DNA from: Escherichia phage vB_EcoM_SA35RD
Direction: 5' to 3' (one strand)
Length of the DNA: 64,000 bases
Sequence record: OL960577.1
Part shown: piece by piece, positions 1-13,567 of the stretch
Numbering within the stretch: the first letter of the stretch is position 1
How the letters are laid out: each line of letters begins with the position of its first letter
The notes under the pieces: model-generated
Told to the model about the DNA's origin: nothing
Seen by the model: only the letters and a program-made list of their open reading frames with translations
Databases searched by the model: none
Translations under genes and position numbers: made by a program

Positions 1-286
1 TACCACAGGAATTAAGGGTTCTGTAAACACATTAAATACTCTTATAAATGGCACCAACCCAAATGGTTCGACTGTTGAAGAACGCGGTATATTGCCTACA
101 GTTAAAAGTCACGATACGACAATTAATAGTTTAACTTCTAGAATTGCTACTCTTGAAACTGATTTGGCCGCTGCAGAAGCTGAAATCCAAACTCTTAAGG
201 AAGCTGGATATATTGAAGATGCTCCTTCAGACGGTAAATTCTATGTTCGCAAAGATGGCGCATGGGTTGAACTTCCTACAGCTTAA
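1..286 (+). CDS. wac: fibritin (whisker antigen control), 5'-truncated at window start
   Basis: Open frame from position 2 to stop at 284-286; C-terminus GYIEDAPSDGKFYVRKDGAWVELP resembles the T4 fibritin foldon; lies directly upstream of gene 13 as in T4. Confidence 0.85.
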   Translation, partial: TTGIKGSVNTLNTLINGTNPNGSTVEERGILPTVKSHDTTINSLTSRIATLETDLAAAEAEIQTLKEAGYIEDAPSDGKFYVRKDGAWVELPTA

Positions 287-292
287 TGAAAA

Positions 293-306
293 GGGCCTTC
301 GGGCCC
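293..306 (+). terminator. stem-loop after wac (UUCG tetraloop)
   Basis: GGGCC-TTCG-GGCCC hairpin; no T-tract, so may be a stabiliser rather than a terminator. Confidence 0.45.
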
Positions 307-318
307 TAAAGGATTTAT

Positions 319-1245
319 ATGTCAGGTTATAATGCACAAAACCCTAAAGAATTAAAGGATGTAATATTACGTCGTTTAGGCGCTCCTATTGTAAATGTTG
401 AATTAACTACGGACCAAATTTATGATTGTATTTCACGAGCGTTAGAACTTTATGGCGAATACCATTTTGACGGGTTGAATAAAGGTTTCCATGTATTTTT
501 TGTTGATGACGAAGAAAAATACCGTCATGGCGTATTTGATATGCGTGGTTCTAACGTATTTGCCGTAACAAGAATTATAAGAACAAATGTTGGCTCTATT
601 ACTTCAATGGATGGTAATGCAACTTATCCATGGTTCACTGATTTCCTTTTAGGAATGGCTGGTGTTTCAGGTGGTATGGGTAGTAATTGTGGTAAATTCT
701 ACGGCCCTAACGCTTTTGGCGCTGATCTCGGGTATTATTCTCAATTAGTATCTTATATGGGTATGCTTCAAGATATGATTGCTCCTCTCCCAGATTTTTG
801 GTTTAACTCTGCAAACGAGCAATTAAAAGTAATGGGTAACTTTAGACAGAAAGATGTCATTATCGTTGAATCATATGTTCGCTCTTATATCGAGACCCAT
901 AAGATGGTAGGAAATACAGTAGGGTACGGACAGGTCGGTCCTCGTGATTCATGGTCTATTTCTGAGCGGTATGACAACCCGGACCATAATTTGGTCGGAC
1001 GTCGAGTTGGTGAAGATCCTGCAACTAAACAAGGCGCATATAACAACCGCTGGGTTAAAGATTACGCAACTGCATTAGCTAAAGAGCTTAATGGGCAAAT
1101 TCTTGCTAAACATCAAGGTATGATGTTACCGGGTGGCGTCACTGTTGATGGTGTTCGATTAATTGAAGAAGCTCGTTTAGAGAAAGAAGCTTTACGAGAA
1201 GAGTTATATTTACTGGACCCTCCTGCAGGTATTTTGGTAGGTTAA
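319..1245 (+). CDS. 13: neck protein gp13
   Basis: 308 aa; N-terminus [29 protein letters not shown] matches recalled T4 gp13; synteny wac-13-14. Confidence 0.9.
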   Translation: MSGYNAQNPKELKDVILRRLGAPIVNVELTTDQIYDCISRALELYGEYHFDGLNKGFHVFFVDDEEKYRHGVFDMRGSNVFAVTRIIRTNVGSITSMDGNATYPWFTDFLLGMAGVSGGMGSNCGKFYGPNAFGADLGYYSQLVSYMGMLQDMIAPLPDFWFNSANEQLKVMGNFRQKDVIIVESYVRSYIETHKMVGNTVGYGQVGPRDSWSISERYDNPDHNLVGRRVGEDPATKQGAYNNRWVKDYATALAKELNGQILAKHQGMMLPGGVTVDGVRLIEEARLEKEALREELYLLDPPAGILVG

Positions 1246-1246
1246 T

Positions 1247-2011
1247 ATGGCAACTTATGATAAAAATCTTTTCGCCAAGCTAGAAAATCGTGGCGGGTAT
1301 TCTCAGACAAATGAAACCGAAATCCTCAATCCATTTGTCAATTTTAATAATTATGAGAATAGTCAGACCTTAGCCGATGTTCTAGTGGCAGAAAGCATAC
1401 AGATGCGCGGTATTGAATGTTTTTATGTTCCACGTGAATATGTTGCAGTGGACCTTATCTTTGGTGAGGACCTTAAAAATAAATTTACTAAAGCATGGAA
1501 ATTTGCTGCATATCTGAACTCTTTTGAAGGTTATGAAGGAGCGAAATCGTTCTTCAGCAACTTCGGAATGCAAGTTCAAGACGAAGTTACATTATCTATT
1601 AACCCAGGTCTTTTCAAACACCAGGTCAACAATCAGGAGCCTAAGGAAGGTGATTTAATATACTTCCCAATGGACAACAGTTTGTTTGAGATTAACTGGG
1701 TTGAACCATATGACCCATTCTATCAAGTAGGTAAAAATGCTATTCGTAAAATTACTGCAGGCAAGTTTATTTACTCTGGCGAAGAAATCAATCCGGTGCT
1801 TCAGAAAAATGAAGGTATCAATATACCTGAATTTAGTGACTTGGAACTTAACCCTGTTAGAAATCTTGACGGTATCCATGACATTAATATCGATGAATAT
1901 TCTGAAGTTGAGCAAATCAATTCAGAGGCAAGTGAATACGTTGAGCCGTATGTAGTAGTTAACAACCGTGGTAGACAAAATTCACCATTTGACGATGGGT
2001 TTATGAATTAA
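1247..2011 (+). CDS. 14: neck protein gp14
   Basis: 254 aa ORF abutting gene 13, size and position as T4 gp14. Confidence 0.85.
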   Translation: MATYDKNLFAKLENRGGYSQTNETEILNPFVNFNNYENSQTLADVLVAESIQMRGIECFYVPREYVAVDLIFGEDLKNKFTKAWKFAAYLNSFEGYEGAKSFFSNFGMQVQDEVTLSINPGLFKHQVNNQEPKEGDLIYFPMDNSLFEINWVEPYDPFYQVGKNAIRKITAGKFIYSGEEINPVLQKNEGINIPEFSDLELNPVRNLDGIHDINIDEYSEVEQINSEASEYVEPYVVVNNRGRQNSPFDDGFMN

Positions 2012-2034
2012 TAAATAGATAAGATAAAGCAAAC

Positions 2035-2052
2035 ACCGGTCGAAAGGCCGGT
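2035..2052 (+). terminator. intercistronic stem-loop between genes 14 and 15 (GAAA tetraloop)
   Basis: ACCGGTC-GAAA-GGCCGGT hairpin; no T-tract. Confidence 0.4.
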
Positions 2053-2063
2053 TAGGAGAAATG

Positions 2064-2885
2064 ATGTTTGGCTATTTTTACAACTCGTCGTTCAGGCGAT
2101 ATATCACAATGATGGGCGATTTGTTTTCAAATATCCAAGTTAACCGTCAATTGTCTACAGGCAATAAATTAATTAGAGTTCCTATCACGTATGCATCTAA
2201 AGAGCACTTTATGATGAAACTTAATAAATGGACCTCTATAAACTCACAAGAAGATGTGGCTAAAGTCGAAACTATTCTACCACGTATAAATCTCCAAATG
2301 GTAGATTTCGTTTATAACCCAACGTTTAAAACGAATATATTGAATAACTCTCTTTTGAGTAAATCGACTAAGGATATTGTAGACCAATACAACCCATCAC
2401 CAATTAAAATGATTTTTGAACTGAGCATCTTTACTCGTTATGAAGATGATATGTTCCAAATCGTTGAGCAAATTATTCCATATTTTCAGCCGCATTTTAA
2501 TACGACTATGATTGAGCAATACGGACAGGATATTCCATTTGAAAGGGATATTAAAGTCGTATGGATGGCAGCAGCAATGGATGAACAAATAGACGGTGAT
2601 AATTTATCTCGTCGACGTTTAGAGTGGTCATTAACATTTGAAGTAAATGGATGGATGTATCCTCCGGTAGGCGCAGCTGAAGGCCTTATTAAAACGACTT
2701 ATCTTGATTTTCATGCTAATGAACGAGACCTTCAAACAGCCGCCAGTGTTTTTGAATCAGTTGATACAGAAATTAAACCGAGAGACGTTGAAGCACAAGA
2801 TTGGAATGGTGAAGTTGAACAAACTTATACTCATGATATTCCAATCCCGACTCCACCAACCCCTCCTGGTCCTAGAAAACAATAA
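2064..2885 (+). CDS. 15: tail sheath stabilizer / tail completion protein gp15
   Basis: Second ATG chosen (MFGYFYNSSFRRY matches recalled T4 gp15 N-terminus; better SD spacing); track ORF starts 3 nt earlier at 2061. Confidence 0.85.
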   Translation: MFGYFYNSSFRRYITMMGDLFSNIQVNRQLSTGNKLIRVPITYASKEHFMMKLNKWTSINSQEDVAKVETILPRINLQMVDFVYNPTFKTNILNNSLLSKSTKDIVDQYNPSPIKMIFELSIFTRYEDDMFQIVEQIIPYFQPHFNTTMIEQYGQDIPFERDIKVVWMAAAMDEQIDGDNLSRRRLEWSLTFEVNGWMYPPVGAAEGLIKTTYLDFHANERDLQTAASVFESVDTEIKPRDVEAQDWNGEVEQTYTHDIPIPTPPTPPGPRKQ

Positions 2886-2894
2886 GAGGTAAAT

Positions 2895-5211
<2,317 letters not shown>

Positions 5212-5238
5212 AAATAAAGCAAATTAAGAGGAATTAAA

Positions 5239-7221
5239 ATGGCACTTCTCTCTCCGGGCGTTGAGCTCAAAGAAACTACCGTACAGAGTACTGTAGTTAA
5301 TAACTCCACTGGTACTGCTGCCCTGGCTGGAAAATTCCAATGGGGACCTGCATTCCAGATTAAACAAATCACTGATGAAGTTGCGTTAGTTGATATGTTT
5401 GGTACTCCTAATACGGATACAGCAGATTATTTCATGTCTGCTATGAACTTCCTTCAATATGGTAATGACCTTCGTGTTGTACGCGCAGTTGACCGTGATA
5501 CTGCTAAGAACTCATCTCCTGTAGCAGGCAATATTGAATTCACAATCTCTGCTGCTGGTAGTAACTATGCAGTTGGTGATAAAATTATCGTTAAGTATTT
5601 GACCGAAACTGTTGAAGCAGATGGTTATGTCACTTCAGTTGATGTCGATGGTAAAATTCTTAACATTTATATCCCAACCGGTAAAATTATTGCTCGTGCA
5701 AAAGAAATTAATGAATATCCGGCATTGGGTTCTAACTGGACCGCCGAAGTTGCCAGTTCTTCTTCTGGACTTTCTGGCGTTATTACAATTGGTTCTATCG
5801 TAACCGATTCGGGTATTCTGTTAACTGAAGTTGAAACTTCTGAAGAAGCTATTACTTCTCTAACTTTCCAAGAATCTATTAAAAAATATGGTGTCCCAGG
5901 CGTAGTTGCTCTTTATCCTGGTGAACTTGGCGACCAGCTCGAAATTGAAATCGTATCTAAAGCAGACTACGACAAAGGTGCTTCAGCCCAGTTAAAAATT
6001 TATCCTGATGGTGGTACTCGTGCATCTACTGCTAAAGCAATCTTTGGGTATGGCCCACAAACTGATGACCAATATGCAATTATCGTTCGTCGTAACGATG
6101 CTGTAGTTCAGAGCGTAATTCTTTCTACTAAACGTGGTGAACGCGATATTTATGGTAGTAATATCTTTATTGATGATTTCTTTGCTAAAGGTGCAAGCAA
6201 TTATATTTTCGCTACTGCACAAGGTTGGCCAAAAGGTTTCTCTGGTGTAATCAAACTGGGTGGTGGCTTATCATCTAATGAAACGGTTGACGCTGGTGAT
6301 TTAATGGAAGCTTGGGATTTGTTTGCTGACCGCGAATCTGTTAATGCGCAGTTGTTTATTGCAGGTTCTTGTGCAGGTGAATCTTTAGAAGTTGCTTCTA
6401 CAGTTCAGAAACATGTTGTAGCAATTGGTGATTCTCGCCAAGATTGCTTGGTTCTTTGCTCACCACCACGTGCAACTATAGTCGGTATTCCTGTTAATCG
6501 TGCAGTTGATAATCTGGTTGATTGGCGTACTGCGTCAGGAACTTACACTGATAATAACTTTAATGTAAGTTCTACTTATGCCGCTATTGACGGTAACTAT
6601 AAATATCAATACGATAAATATAATGATGTGAATCGTTGGGTTCCATTAGCTGCTGATATCGCCGGTCTTTGTGCTCGCACAGACAATATTTCTCAGCCTT
6701 GGATGTCTCCTGCTGGTTATAATCGTGGACAAATTCTTAACGTTATTAAGCTTGCAATTGAAACTCGTCAACCACAGCGTGATCGTTTGTATCAGGAAGC
6801 TATTAACCCTGTTACTGGTACCGGTGGTGATGGGTATGTTCTGTACGGTGATAAAACTGCCACTTCTGTTCCTTCACCATTTGACCGTATTAACGTTCGT
6901 CGTTTGTTCAATATGGTTAAAACGAACATTGGTTCAGCATCCAAATATCGCCTGTTTGAATTGAACAACGCATTTACCCGTTCTTCTTTCCGTACAGAGA
7001 CTTCTCAATATCTACAGGGTATTAAAGCTCTCGGTGGTGTATATAACTTTAAAGTTGTTTGTGATACTACCAATAACACCCCAGCAGTTATCGACCGTAA
7101 TGAATTTGTAGCTACTTTCTACTTACAACCTGCCCGCTCGATAAATTATATTACGTTGAACTTTGTAGCAACAGCAACTGGTGCCGATTTCGACGAACTG
7201 ATTGGTGCTGTAGGTGGTTAA
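5239..7221 (+). CDS. 18: tail sheath protein gp18
   Basis: 660 aa, T4 gp18 size and position; late promoter motif upstream. Confidence 0.95.
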   Translation: MALLSPGVELKETTVQSTVVNNSTGTAALAGKFQWGPAFQIKQITDEVALVDMFGTPNTDTADYFMSAMNFLQYGNDLRVVRAVDRDTAKNSSPVAGNIEFTISAAGSNYAVGDKIIVKYLTETVEADGYVTSVDVDGKILNIYIPTGKIIARAKEINEYPALGSNWTAEVASSSSGLSGVITIGSIVTDSGILLTEVETSEEAITSLTFQESIKKYGVPGVVALYPGELGDQLEIEIVSKADYDKGASAQLKIYPDGGTRASTAKAIFGYGPQTDDQYAIIVRRNDAVVQSVILSTKRGERDIYGSNIFIDDFFAKGASNYIFATAQGWPKGFSGVIKLGGGLSSNETVDAGDLMEAWDLFADRESVNAQLFIAGSCAGESLEVASTVQKHVVAIGDSRQDCLVLCSPPRATIVGIPVNRAVDNLVDWRTASGTYTDNNFNVSSTYAAIDGNYKYQYDKYNDVNRWVPLAADIAGLCARTDNISQPWMSPAGYNRGQILNVIKLAIETRQPQRDRLYQEAINPVTGTGGDGYVLYGDKTATSVPSPFDRINVRRLFNMVKTNIGSASKYRLFELNNAFTRSSFRTETSQYLQGIKALGGVYNFKVVCDTTNNTPAVIDRNEFVATFYLQPARSINYITLNFVATATGADFDELIGAVGG

Positions 7222-7232
7222 TAAGACGCCTG

Positions 7233-7254
7233 ATGGGCTATTTCGGTAGCCCAT
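7233..7254 (+). terminator. stem-loop after gene 18
   Basis: 8-bp stem ATGGGCTA/TAGCCCAT with TTTCGG loop directly after the gene 18 stop. Confidence 0.5.
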
Positions 7255-7261
7255 ATAAATA
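7254..7261 (+). promoter_or_regulatory. late promoter motif TATAAATA upstream of gene 19
   Basis: Exact TATAAATA immediately after the gene 18 stem-loop. Confidence 0.55.
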
Positions 7262-7333
7262 TACTATATCGTTTAAAAATTAATTCTATGGGCATCAGGT
7301 TAATCCTAAGCCCATATTACTACAGAGGCTAAT

Positions 7334-7825
7334 ATGTTTGTAGATGACGTAACTCGTGCCTTCGAATCAGGTGATTTCGCTCGCCCTAACCTATTCGAAG
7401 TAGAAATTTCTTATCTTGGGCAAAACTTTAGCTTCCAGTGTCGTGCTACGGCTCTTCCTGCTGCGATCGTTGAAAAGGTTCCTGTTTCTTATATGAACCG
7501 TAAAATTAACGTGGCCGGTGATCGTACATTCGATGATTGGACTATTACAGTAATGAACGATGATGCTCATAGCATTCGTCAGAAATTTGTTGATTGGCAA
7601 GGTATTGCAGCAGGACAAGGTAATGAAATTACCGGTGGTAAACCTGCTGAATATAAAAAGACTGCTATCGTTCGTCAATTTGCTCGTGATGCTAAAACGG
7701 TCACTAAAGAAGTTGAAATTGTCGGCTTGTGGCCTACTAACGTTGGTGAAGTATCTCTTGATTGGGATTCGAATAACGAGATTGAAACGTTCGAAGTAAC
7801 TCTTGCTCTTGATTGGTGGGAATAA
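7334..7825 (+). CDS. 19: tail tube protein gp19
   Basis: 163 aa, T4 gp19 size and position. Confidence 0.9.
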   Translation: MFVDDVTRAFESGDFARPNLFEVEISYLGQNFSFQCRATALPAAIVEKVPVSYMNRKINVAGDRTFDDWTITVMNDDAHSIRQKFVDWQGIAAGQGNEITGGKPAEYKKTAIVRQFARDAKTVTKEVEIVGLWPTNVGEVSLDWDSNNEIETFEVTLALDWWE

Positions 7826-7831
7826 TCTGGT

Positions 7832-7847
7832 TGGGGAGAAATCCCCA
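7832..7847 (+). terminator. stem-loop after gene 19 (GAAA tetraloop)
   Basis: TGGGGA-GAAA-TCCCCA hairpin between genes 19 and 20. Confidence 0.45.
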
Positions 7848-7873
7848 GCTTCCCGTGATGACGGAGAAGTCCA

Positions 7874-7881
7874 TATAAATA
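7874..7881 (+). promoter_or_regulatory. late promoter motif TATAAATA upstream of gene 20
   Basis: Exact TATAAATA 29 nt before the gene 20 ATG. Confidence 0.6.
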
Positions 7882-7909
7882 TAACTATAATTCCCATTCG
7901 GAGAATACA

Positions 7910-9481
7910 ATGAAATTTAATATCTTAAGTTTGTTTGCTCCATGGGCAAAAATGGACGAACGTGATTACAAAGACCAAGAAAAAGAAAATTTAGAATCTA
8001 TCACCACACCAAAATTAGACGATGGTGCTAAAGAATACGAAGTATCTGAAAATGAAGCACAGCAAACATATAATGCTATGTTTCAGAGAATGTTTGGTAG
8101 TCAAGAACCAGGGCTCAAATCAACCCGTGAATTAATCGATACGTATCGAAATTTGATGACGAACTATGAAGTGGATAATGCAGTCTCTGAAATAGTTTCC
8201 GATGCTATCGTATATGAAGATGATACAGAAGTCGTTTCTATAAATTTAGACAACACAAAATTTAGTCCAAATATAAAATCAATGATGTTGGATGAATTTA
8301 ACGAAGTGTTGAATCATTTATCTTTCCAACGTAAAGGTTCAGACCATTTTAGGCGTTGGTATGTGGATTCTCGAATTTTCTTCCATAAAATTATTGACCC
8401 TAAACGCCCTAAAGAAGGTATTAAAGAGCTTCGTCGTTTAGACCCGCGTCAAGTTCAATATGTCCGTGAAGTTATTACAACCACTGAAGCCGGTGTTAAA
8501 ATAGTCAAGGGTTATAAAGAATATTTCATTTATGACACATCACACGAATCTTATGCTTGTGATGGCCGCATATATGAAGCTGGCACAAAAATAAAAATCC
8601 CTAAAGCCGCGATTGTTTACGCCCATTCTGGTTTAGTTGATTGTTGTGGTAAAAATATCATTGGTTATTTGCATCGGGCTATTAAGCCAGCGAACCAATT
8701 AAAACTTCTTGAAGATGCCGTCGTAATTTATCGTATTACTCGTGCTCCCGATCGTCGTGTATGGTATGTTGATACAGGTAATATGCCTTCAAGAAAAGCA
8801 GCAGAACATATGCAACATGTTATGAATACGATGAAAAACCGTATTGCATATGATGCTACTACAGGCAAGATTAAAAACCAGCAGCATATTATGTCGATGA
8901 CCGAAGATTATTGGTTACAACGACGTGATGGTAAAGCAGTAACAGAAGTTGATACATTACCAGGTGCAGATAATACTGGAAATATGGAAGATGTACGTTG
9001 GTTCCGTAATGCACTTTATATGGCTTTACGTATTCCTATTACCCGTATTCCAAGTGACCAAGGTGGTATACAGTTTGATGCTGGTACTTCTATTACACGA
9101 GATGAATTATCATTTGGTAAATTTATTCGTGAGCTGCAACATAAATTTGAAGAGATATTCCTAGACCCGCTTAAAACTAATTTAATTCTTAAAGGAATTA
9201 TTACAGAAGATGAGTGGAATGATGAAATAAATAATATTAAGATAAAATTTCATCGGGATAGTTATTTCTCGGAATTAAAGGATGCTGAGATTCTGGAGCG
9301 TCGCATTAATATGCTTCAGATGGCCGAACCATTTATTGGTAAATATATTTCTCACAGAACAGCTATGAAAGATATTCTTCAGATGTCTGACGAGGAAATT
9401 GAACAAGAGGCTAAGCAAATTGAAGAAGAGTCGAAAGAGGCTCGTTTCCAAGACCCCGACCAAGAACAAGAGGATTTTTAA
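7910..9481 (+). CDS. 20: portal vertex protein gp20
   Basis: 523 aa, T4 gp20 size and position; late promoter motif upstream. Confidence 0.95.
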   Translation: MKFNILSLFAPWAKMDERDYKDQEKENLESITTPKLDDGAKEYEVSENEAQQTYNAMFQRMFGSQEPGLKSTRELIDTYRNLMTNYEVDNAVSEIVSDAIVYEDDTEVVSINLDNTKFSPNIKSMMLDEFNEVLNHLSFQRKGSDHFRRWYVDSRIFFHKIIDPKRPKEGIKELRRLDPRQVQYVREVITTTEAGVKIVKGYKEYFIYDTSHESYACDGRIYEAGTKIKIPKAAIVYAHSGLVDCCGKNIIGYLHRAIKPANQLKLLEDAVVIYRITRAPDRRVWYVDTGNMPSRKAAEHMQHVMNTMKNRIAYDATTGKIKNQQHIMSMTEDYWLQRRDGKAVTEVDTLPGADNTGNMEDVRWFRNALYMALRIPITRIPSDQGGIQFDAGTSITRDELSFGKFIRELQHKFEEIFLDPLKTNLILKGIITEDEWNDEINNIKIKFHRDSYFSELKDAEILERRINMLQMAEPFIGKYISHRTAMKDILQMSDEEIEQEAKQIEEESKEARFQDPDQEQEDF

Positions 9482-9717
9482 TGGACGATTTAATTCAAGC
9501 TATTAAATCAAACGACCTCGTTGCTACTCGAAAGTTTTTTGAAAGTGCAATGGCAGAAAAAACGGTTCGTTTGATTGAAGCACGCAAAGCAGAAATCGCT
9601 TCTCAATTTTTGATTGAAGGCGAAGAACCTGAAGAAGAAAAGAAAGCTAAAGCTTCGGAAGACGACGCTGATGAAGGCGATGACGACGAAGACGAAGATG
9701 ATGAGGACGATGAATAA
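9481..9717 (+). CDS. 67: prohead core protein gp67
   Basis: 78 aa with highly acidic C-terminal tail, start overlapping gene 20 stop; position as T4 gene 67. Confidence 0.8.
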   Translation: MDDLIQAIKSNDLVATRKFFESAMAEKTVRLIEARKAEIASQFLIEGEEPEEEKKAKASEDDADEGDDDEDEDDEDDE

Positions 9718-10142
9718 TGTATCTTATCCCTGAATCTTATGAATTGGTACTCGAAAATGTCGAAGCACTTATTCCTGAAGCACAGGGCCGAATCGATGCA
9801 TTGTCTTCTGCTCTCGATATTGACGATATAAATACTATTATCGAGAACATGCTTGAAACTGAAACGGATTTAGCTGTTGCAATGGCTTCCATTATTAATG
9901 AAGAACAGTTAAATGAGTTTATCGTTAAACATGTTTCTTCTCGTGGTGAAGTCACCCGCACTAAAGACCGTAAAACTCGTGAACGTAACGCGTTCCAAAC
10001 CACCGGTCTTTCTAAAGCAAAACGTAGACAAATCGCTCGTAAGGTCGTTAAAGCTAAAAAAGCTAACCCTTCAGGCCAAGTTAAAGGCTTGCGTAAGCGT
10101 AAAAAGGCTCTTAAACGTCGTAAAGCATTAGGATTAAGCTAA
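9717..10142 (+). CDS. 68: prohead core protein gp68
   Basis: 141 aa with basic C-terminus; T4 gp68 size and position. Confidence 0.8.
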   Translation: MYLIPESYELVLENVEALIPEAQGRIDALSSALDIDDINTIIENMLETETDLAVAMASIINEEQLNEFIVKHVSSRGEVTRTKDRKTRERNAFQTTGLSKAKRRQIARKVVKAKKANPSGQVKGLRKRKKALKRRKALGLS

Positions 10143-10783
10143 TGAATAAACCCGAGTTACTTATTGAAACTTGGGGTCAACCCGGTGAGATTATTGATGG
10201 CGTTCCAATGTTGGAATCTCATGATGGAAAAGATTCTGGCTTAAAACCAGGGCTTTATATAGAAGGTATTTTTCTTCAGGCAGAGGTTGTTAACCGAAAT
10301 AAACGTTTATATCCTAAACGCGTTTTGGAAAAAGCAGTAAGTGACTATATTAAAGAACAAGTCGCAACCAAACAAGCCCTTGGAGAATTAAACCATCCAC
10401 CTCGTGCAAATGTTGACCCTATGCAAGCCGCTATCATTATTGAAGATATGTGGTGGAAAGGAAACGATGTATATGGACGTGCTAGAATTATTGAAGGCGA
10501 CCATGGTCCCGGCGATAAATTAGCTGCTAATATACGAGCTGGTTGGATTCCAGGTGTTTCCTCTCGTGGTCTTGGTTCTTTAACCGACACCAATAAAGGG
10601 TACCGTATCGTGAACGAAGGATTTAAATTAACCGTCGGCGTAGATGCCGTATGGGGACCTTCTGCTCCAGATGCTTGGGTTACTCCTAAACAAATATCAG
10701 AATCAGAAAATTCGGTGGAAACCACCAAAAACAGTGCTGATGAAGCATTTAAAGCTCTCGCAGAGAGTTTAAAAGCATTATAA
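10142..10783 (+). CDS. 21: prohead core protease gp21
   Basis: 213 aa, T4 gp21 size and position within the 20-67-68-21-22-23 head module. Confidence 0.9.
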   Translation: MNKPELLIETWGQPGEIIDGVPMLESHDGKDSGLKPGLYIEGIFLQAEVVNRNKRLYPKRVLEKAVSDYIKEQVATKQALGELNHPPRANVDPMQAAIIIEDMWWKGNDVYGRARIIEGDHGPGDKLAANIRAGWIPGVSSRGLGSLTDTNKGYRIVNEGFKLTVGVDAVWGPSAPDAWVTPKQISESENSVETTKNSADEAFKALAESLKAL

Positions 10784-10786
10784 ATA
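10779..10786 (+). promoter_or_regulatory. late promoter motif TATAAATA upstream of gene 22
   Basis: Exact motif overlapping the gene 21 stop, 31 nt before the gene 22 ATG. Confidence 0.55.
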
Positions 10787-10816
10787 ATAATGTAATCTAA
10801 ACCACAGGACACTAAA

Positions 10817-11629
10817 ATGATCAAAGAACAACTTTTGAAAGAAGCTCAGAACATCGAGACTTCAGTTGCTCTTAATAGTGTTTTCGAATCAGTAGAACTG
10901 TCTCCGGACGTTAAAGCTAATTTCAGCACTGTATTCGAAGCCACCGTTAAGCAGGAAGCAGTCAAACTGGCTGAATCTCATATCAAAGCCATCGCCGAAA
11001 AGGCCGAAGAAGAAGTTGAAAAGGCTAAAGAAGATGCTGAAGAGAAAGCTGATAAAAAATTGGCTGAACAAGCTTCTAAATTCCTAGACCATCTTGCAAA
11101 AGAATGGCTCGCAGAAAACCAAATCGCAGTTGATAAAGGCATTAAAGCTGATTTGTTCGAATCCATGCTTGGTGGTCTGAAAGAACTGTTTGTTGAACAT
11201 AACGTTGTTGTTCCAGAAGAATCTGTAGATGTTGTAGCAGAAATGGAAGAAGAGCTGGCCGAACATAAAGAAGAAACCGCTCGTTTGTTCGAAGAAGTTA
11301 CCAAACGTGATGCATATATCAATTACGTTCAGCGTGAAACCGCTATTAATGAAAGCGTAAAAGACCTGACTGAATCTCAGAAAGAAAAAGTTATTGGCCT
11401 GGTTGAAGGTATGGATTATTCTGACGCATTTGGTACTAAGTTAACTGCTATTGTAGAAATGGTTAAAGGTTCTACTAAAGAAGAAGCCGCTATTACCGAA
11501 AGTATAAATACAGTTGACAATGACGCTGCCGGTCTTAATTTTGTTGCCGAAGCAGTTGACACTACCACAACTCAGGTAGAACAGAATTCTAATGTAAGTT
11601 TATATGCGAAAGTCGCATCTCGTTTCTAA
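10817..11629 (+). CDS. 22: prohead core scaffold protein gp22
   Basis: 270 aa, Glu/Ala/Lys-rich coiled-coil composition typical of T4 gp22. Confidence 0.9.
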   Translation: MIKEQLLKEAQNIETSVALNSVFESVELSPDVKANFSTVFEATVKQEAVKLAESHIKAIAEKAEEEVEKAKEDAEEKADKKLAEQASKFLDHLAKEWLAENQIAVDKGIKADLFESMLGGLKELFVEHNVVVPEESVDVVAEMEEELAEHKEETARLFEEVTKRDAYINYVQRETAINESVKDLTESQKEKVIGLVEGMDYSDAFGTKLTAIVEMVKGSTKEEAAITESINTVDNDAAGLNFVAEAVDTTTTQVEQNSNVSLYAKVASRF

Positions 11630-11646
11630 TTTAAAGGTTAACACAA

Positions 11647-13215
11647 ATGACTACTATCAAAACTAAAGCTCAGCTCGTAGACAAATGGAAAGAACTGCTG
11701 GAAGGTGAAGGCCTGCCGGAAATCGCTAATAGCAAGCAGGCTATTATCGCTAAAATCTTCGAAAACCAGGAAAAAGATTTCGAAGTATCCCCTGAATATA
11801 AAGACGAGAAAATCGCTCAGGCATTTGGTTCTTTCTTGACCGAAGCTGAAATTGGTGGTGACCACGGTTATAATGCTCAAAACATCGCAGCAGGTCAAAC
11901 CTCTGGTGCAGTAACCCAAATTGGGCCGGCAGTTATGGGTATGGTTCGTCGTGCTATTCCTAATCTGATCGCTTTTGATATTTGTGGTGTTCAGCCTATG
12001 AACAGCCCGACCGGTCAGGTATTTGCTCTCCGTGCAGTATATGGTAAAGACCCTATCGCTGCTGGTGCTAAAGAAGCTTTCCATCCGATGTATGCCCCAG
12101 ACGCGATGTTCTCTGGTCAGGGTGCTGCTAAGAAATTCCCAGCTCTGGCTGCTGACACTACTACTGTTGTAGGTGATATCTATACTCACTTCTTCCAAGA
12201 AACTGGTACTGTATATCTGCAAGCTTCTGCTATCGTAACACTTGATTCTGGTGCAACTGATGCAGCTAAATTAGATGCAGAAGTTAAGAAACAAATGGAA
12301 GCTGGTGCACTGGTAGAAATCGCTGAAGGTATGGCTACTTCTATCGCTGAACTCCAGGAAGGTTTCAACGGTTCTACCGATAACCCATGGAATGAAATGG
12401 GCTTCCGTATCGATAAACAAGTTATCGAAGCTAAATCTCGCCAGCTGAAAGCTGCTTACTCTATCGAATTGGCACAAGACCTCCGTGCAGTACACGGTAT
12501 GGATGCTGATGCTGAACTGAGCGGTATTCTGGCTACAGAAATTATGCTAGAAATCAACCGTGAAGTTGTTGATTGGATTAACTACTCAGCACAGGTTGGT
12601 AAATCTGGTATGACCCTGACTCCGGGTTCTAAAGCTGGTGTATTTGACTTCCAGGACCCGATTGATATCCGTGGTGCTCGTTGGGCCGGTGAAAGCTTTA
12701 AATCTCTGTTGTTCCAGATTGATAAAGAAGCAGTTGAAATTGCTCGTCAAACCGGTCGTGGTGAAGGTAACTTCATTATCGCTTCCCGTAACGTAGTTAA
12801 CGTACTGGCTTCAGTTGATACTGGTATTTCTTACGCTGCACAGGGTCTGGCTTCTGGTTTTAATACCGACACTACTAAGTCTGTATTTGCCGGTGTACTT
12901 GGTGGTAAATACCGCGTGTACATCGACCAGTATGCTAAACAGGATTACTTCACCGTTGGTTACAAAGGCGCTAACGAAATGGATGCAGGTATTTACTATG
13001 CTCCTTACGTTGCACTTACCCCACTGCGTGGTTCCGATCCTAAGAACTTCCAGCCGGTAATGGGCTTTAAAACTCGTTACGGTATCGGTGTTAACCCGTT
13101 TGCTGAAAGTTCCCTGCAGGCTCCAGGTGCTCGCATCCAGTCCGGTATGCCGTCTATCCTGAACAGCCTTGGTAAGAACGCTTACTTCCGCCGTGTATAT
13201 GTAAAAGGCATCTAA
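11647..13215 (+). CDS. 23: major capsid protein gp23
   Basis: 522 aa, T4 gp23 size and position; codon usage of a highly expressed gene. Confidence 0.95.
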   Translation: MTTIKTKAQLVDKWKELLEGEGLPEIANSKQAIIAKIFENQEKDFEVSPEYKDEKIAQAFGSFLTEAEIGGDHGYNAQNIAAGQTSGAVTQIGPAVMGMVRRAIPNLIAFDICGVQPMNSPTGQVFALRAVYGKDPIAAGAKEAFHPMYAPDAMFSGQGAAKKFPALAADTTTVVGDIYTHFFQETGTVYLQASAIVTLDSGATDAAKLDAEVKKQMEAGALVEIAEGMATSIAELQEGFNGSTDNPWNEMGFRIDKQVIEAKSRQLKAAYSIELAQDLRAVHGMDADAELSGILATEIMLEINREVVDWINYSAQVGKSGMTLTPGSKAGVFDFQDPIDIRGARWAGESFKSLLFQIDKEAVEIARQTGRGEGNFIIASRNVVNVLASVDTGISYAAQGLASGFNTDTTKSVFAGVLGGKYRVYIDQYAKQDYFTVGYKGANEMDAGIYYAPYVALTPLRGSDPKNFQPVMGFKTRYGIGVNPFAESSLQAPGARIQSGMPSILNSLGKNAYFRRVYVKGI

Positions 13216-13239
13216 TCTTAATTGATTAAATCTTATTTT

Positions 13240-13264
13240 GGGAGACTTCGGTCTCCCATTTTTG
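13240..13264 (+). terminator. rho-independent terminator after gene 23
   Basis: GGGAGAC-TTCG-GTCTCCC followed by ATTTTTGG. Confidence 0.7.
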
Positions 13265-13267
13265 GTT

Positions 13268-13537
13268 TTATTTCTGTGCAATTTTGATGTAAGTTTTCAA
13301 AATATTTTGCCAATTAGGCATACCTTCTTGGACATACGCTGGAGAACCGTCTTTGTTTTTGAATGATGCAAGTTTATCAGTGGCCCAATAACCTTTAGCT
13401 CGAGCTTCAGAATCAACTTTCATCCATACTTTGTTGAAGGCATTACCATTAACTTTTGCACCATATTTTTCTACTAACTTAACTGCTTCAGCTTCTAGAA
13501 CTTTTAAAGTATCTCGTAAGAAACGTGCTTTAGTCAT
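13268..13537 (-). CDS. hypothetical protein (89 aa), reverse-strand early-type gene between genes 23 and 24
   Basis: ATG at 13537 preceded by GAGGAG SD; own GTTTAC/TACTAT promoter upstream on minus strand; no recognisable domain. Confidence 0.55.
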   Translation of the reverse strand: MTKARFLRDTLKVLEAEAVKLVEKYGAKVNGNAFNKVWMKVDSEARAKGYWATDKLASFKNKDGSPAYVQEGMPNWQNILKTYIKIAQK

Positions 13538-13567
13538 TTTGTTTACTCCTCTGTAGTTGATAAGTCT

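Noticed and set aside
9640-9717. GA-rich low-complexity repeat (gacgacgaagacgaagatgatgag)
   Set aside because: It is the coding sequence of the acidic Asp/Glu tail of gp67, not a regulatory or mobile repeat.
10345-11322. Several minus-strand ORFs (159, 114, 60, 60 aa) inside genes 21 and 22
   Set aside because: Antisense shadows within well-supported late structural genes; Ser/Ala-rich translations reflect the complement of GAA/GCT-rich coding sequence.
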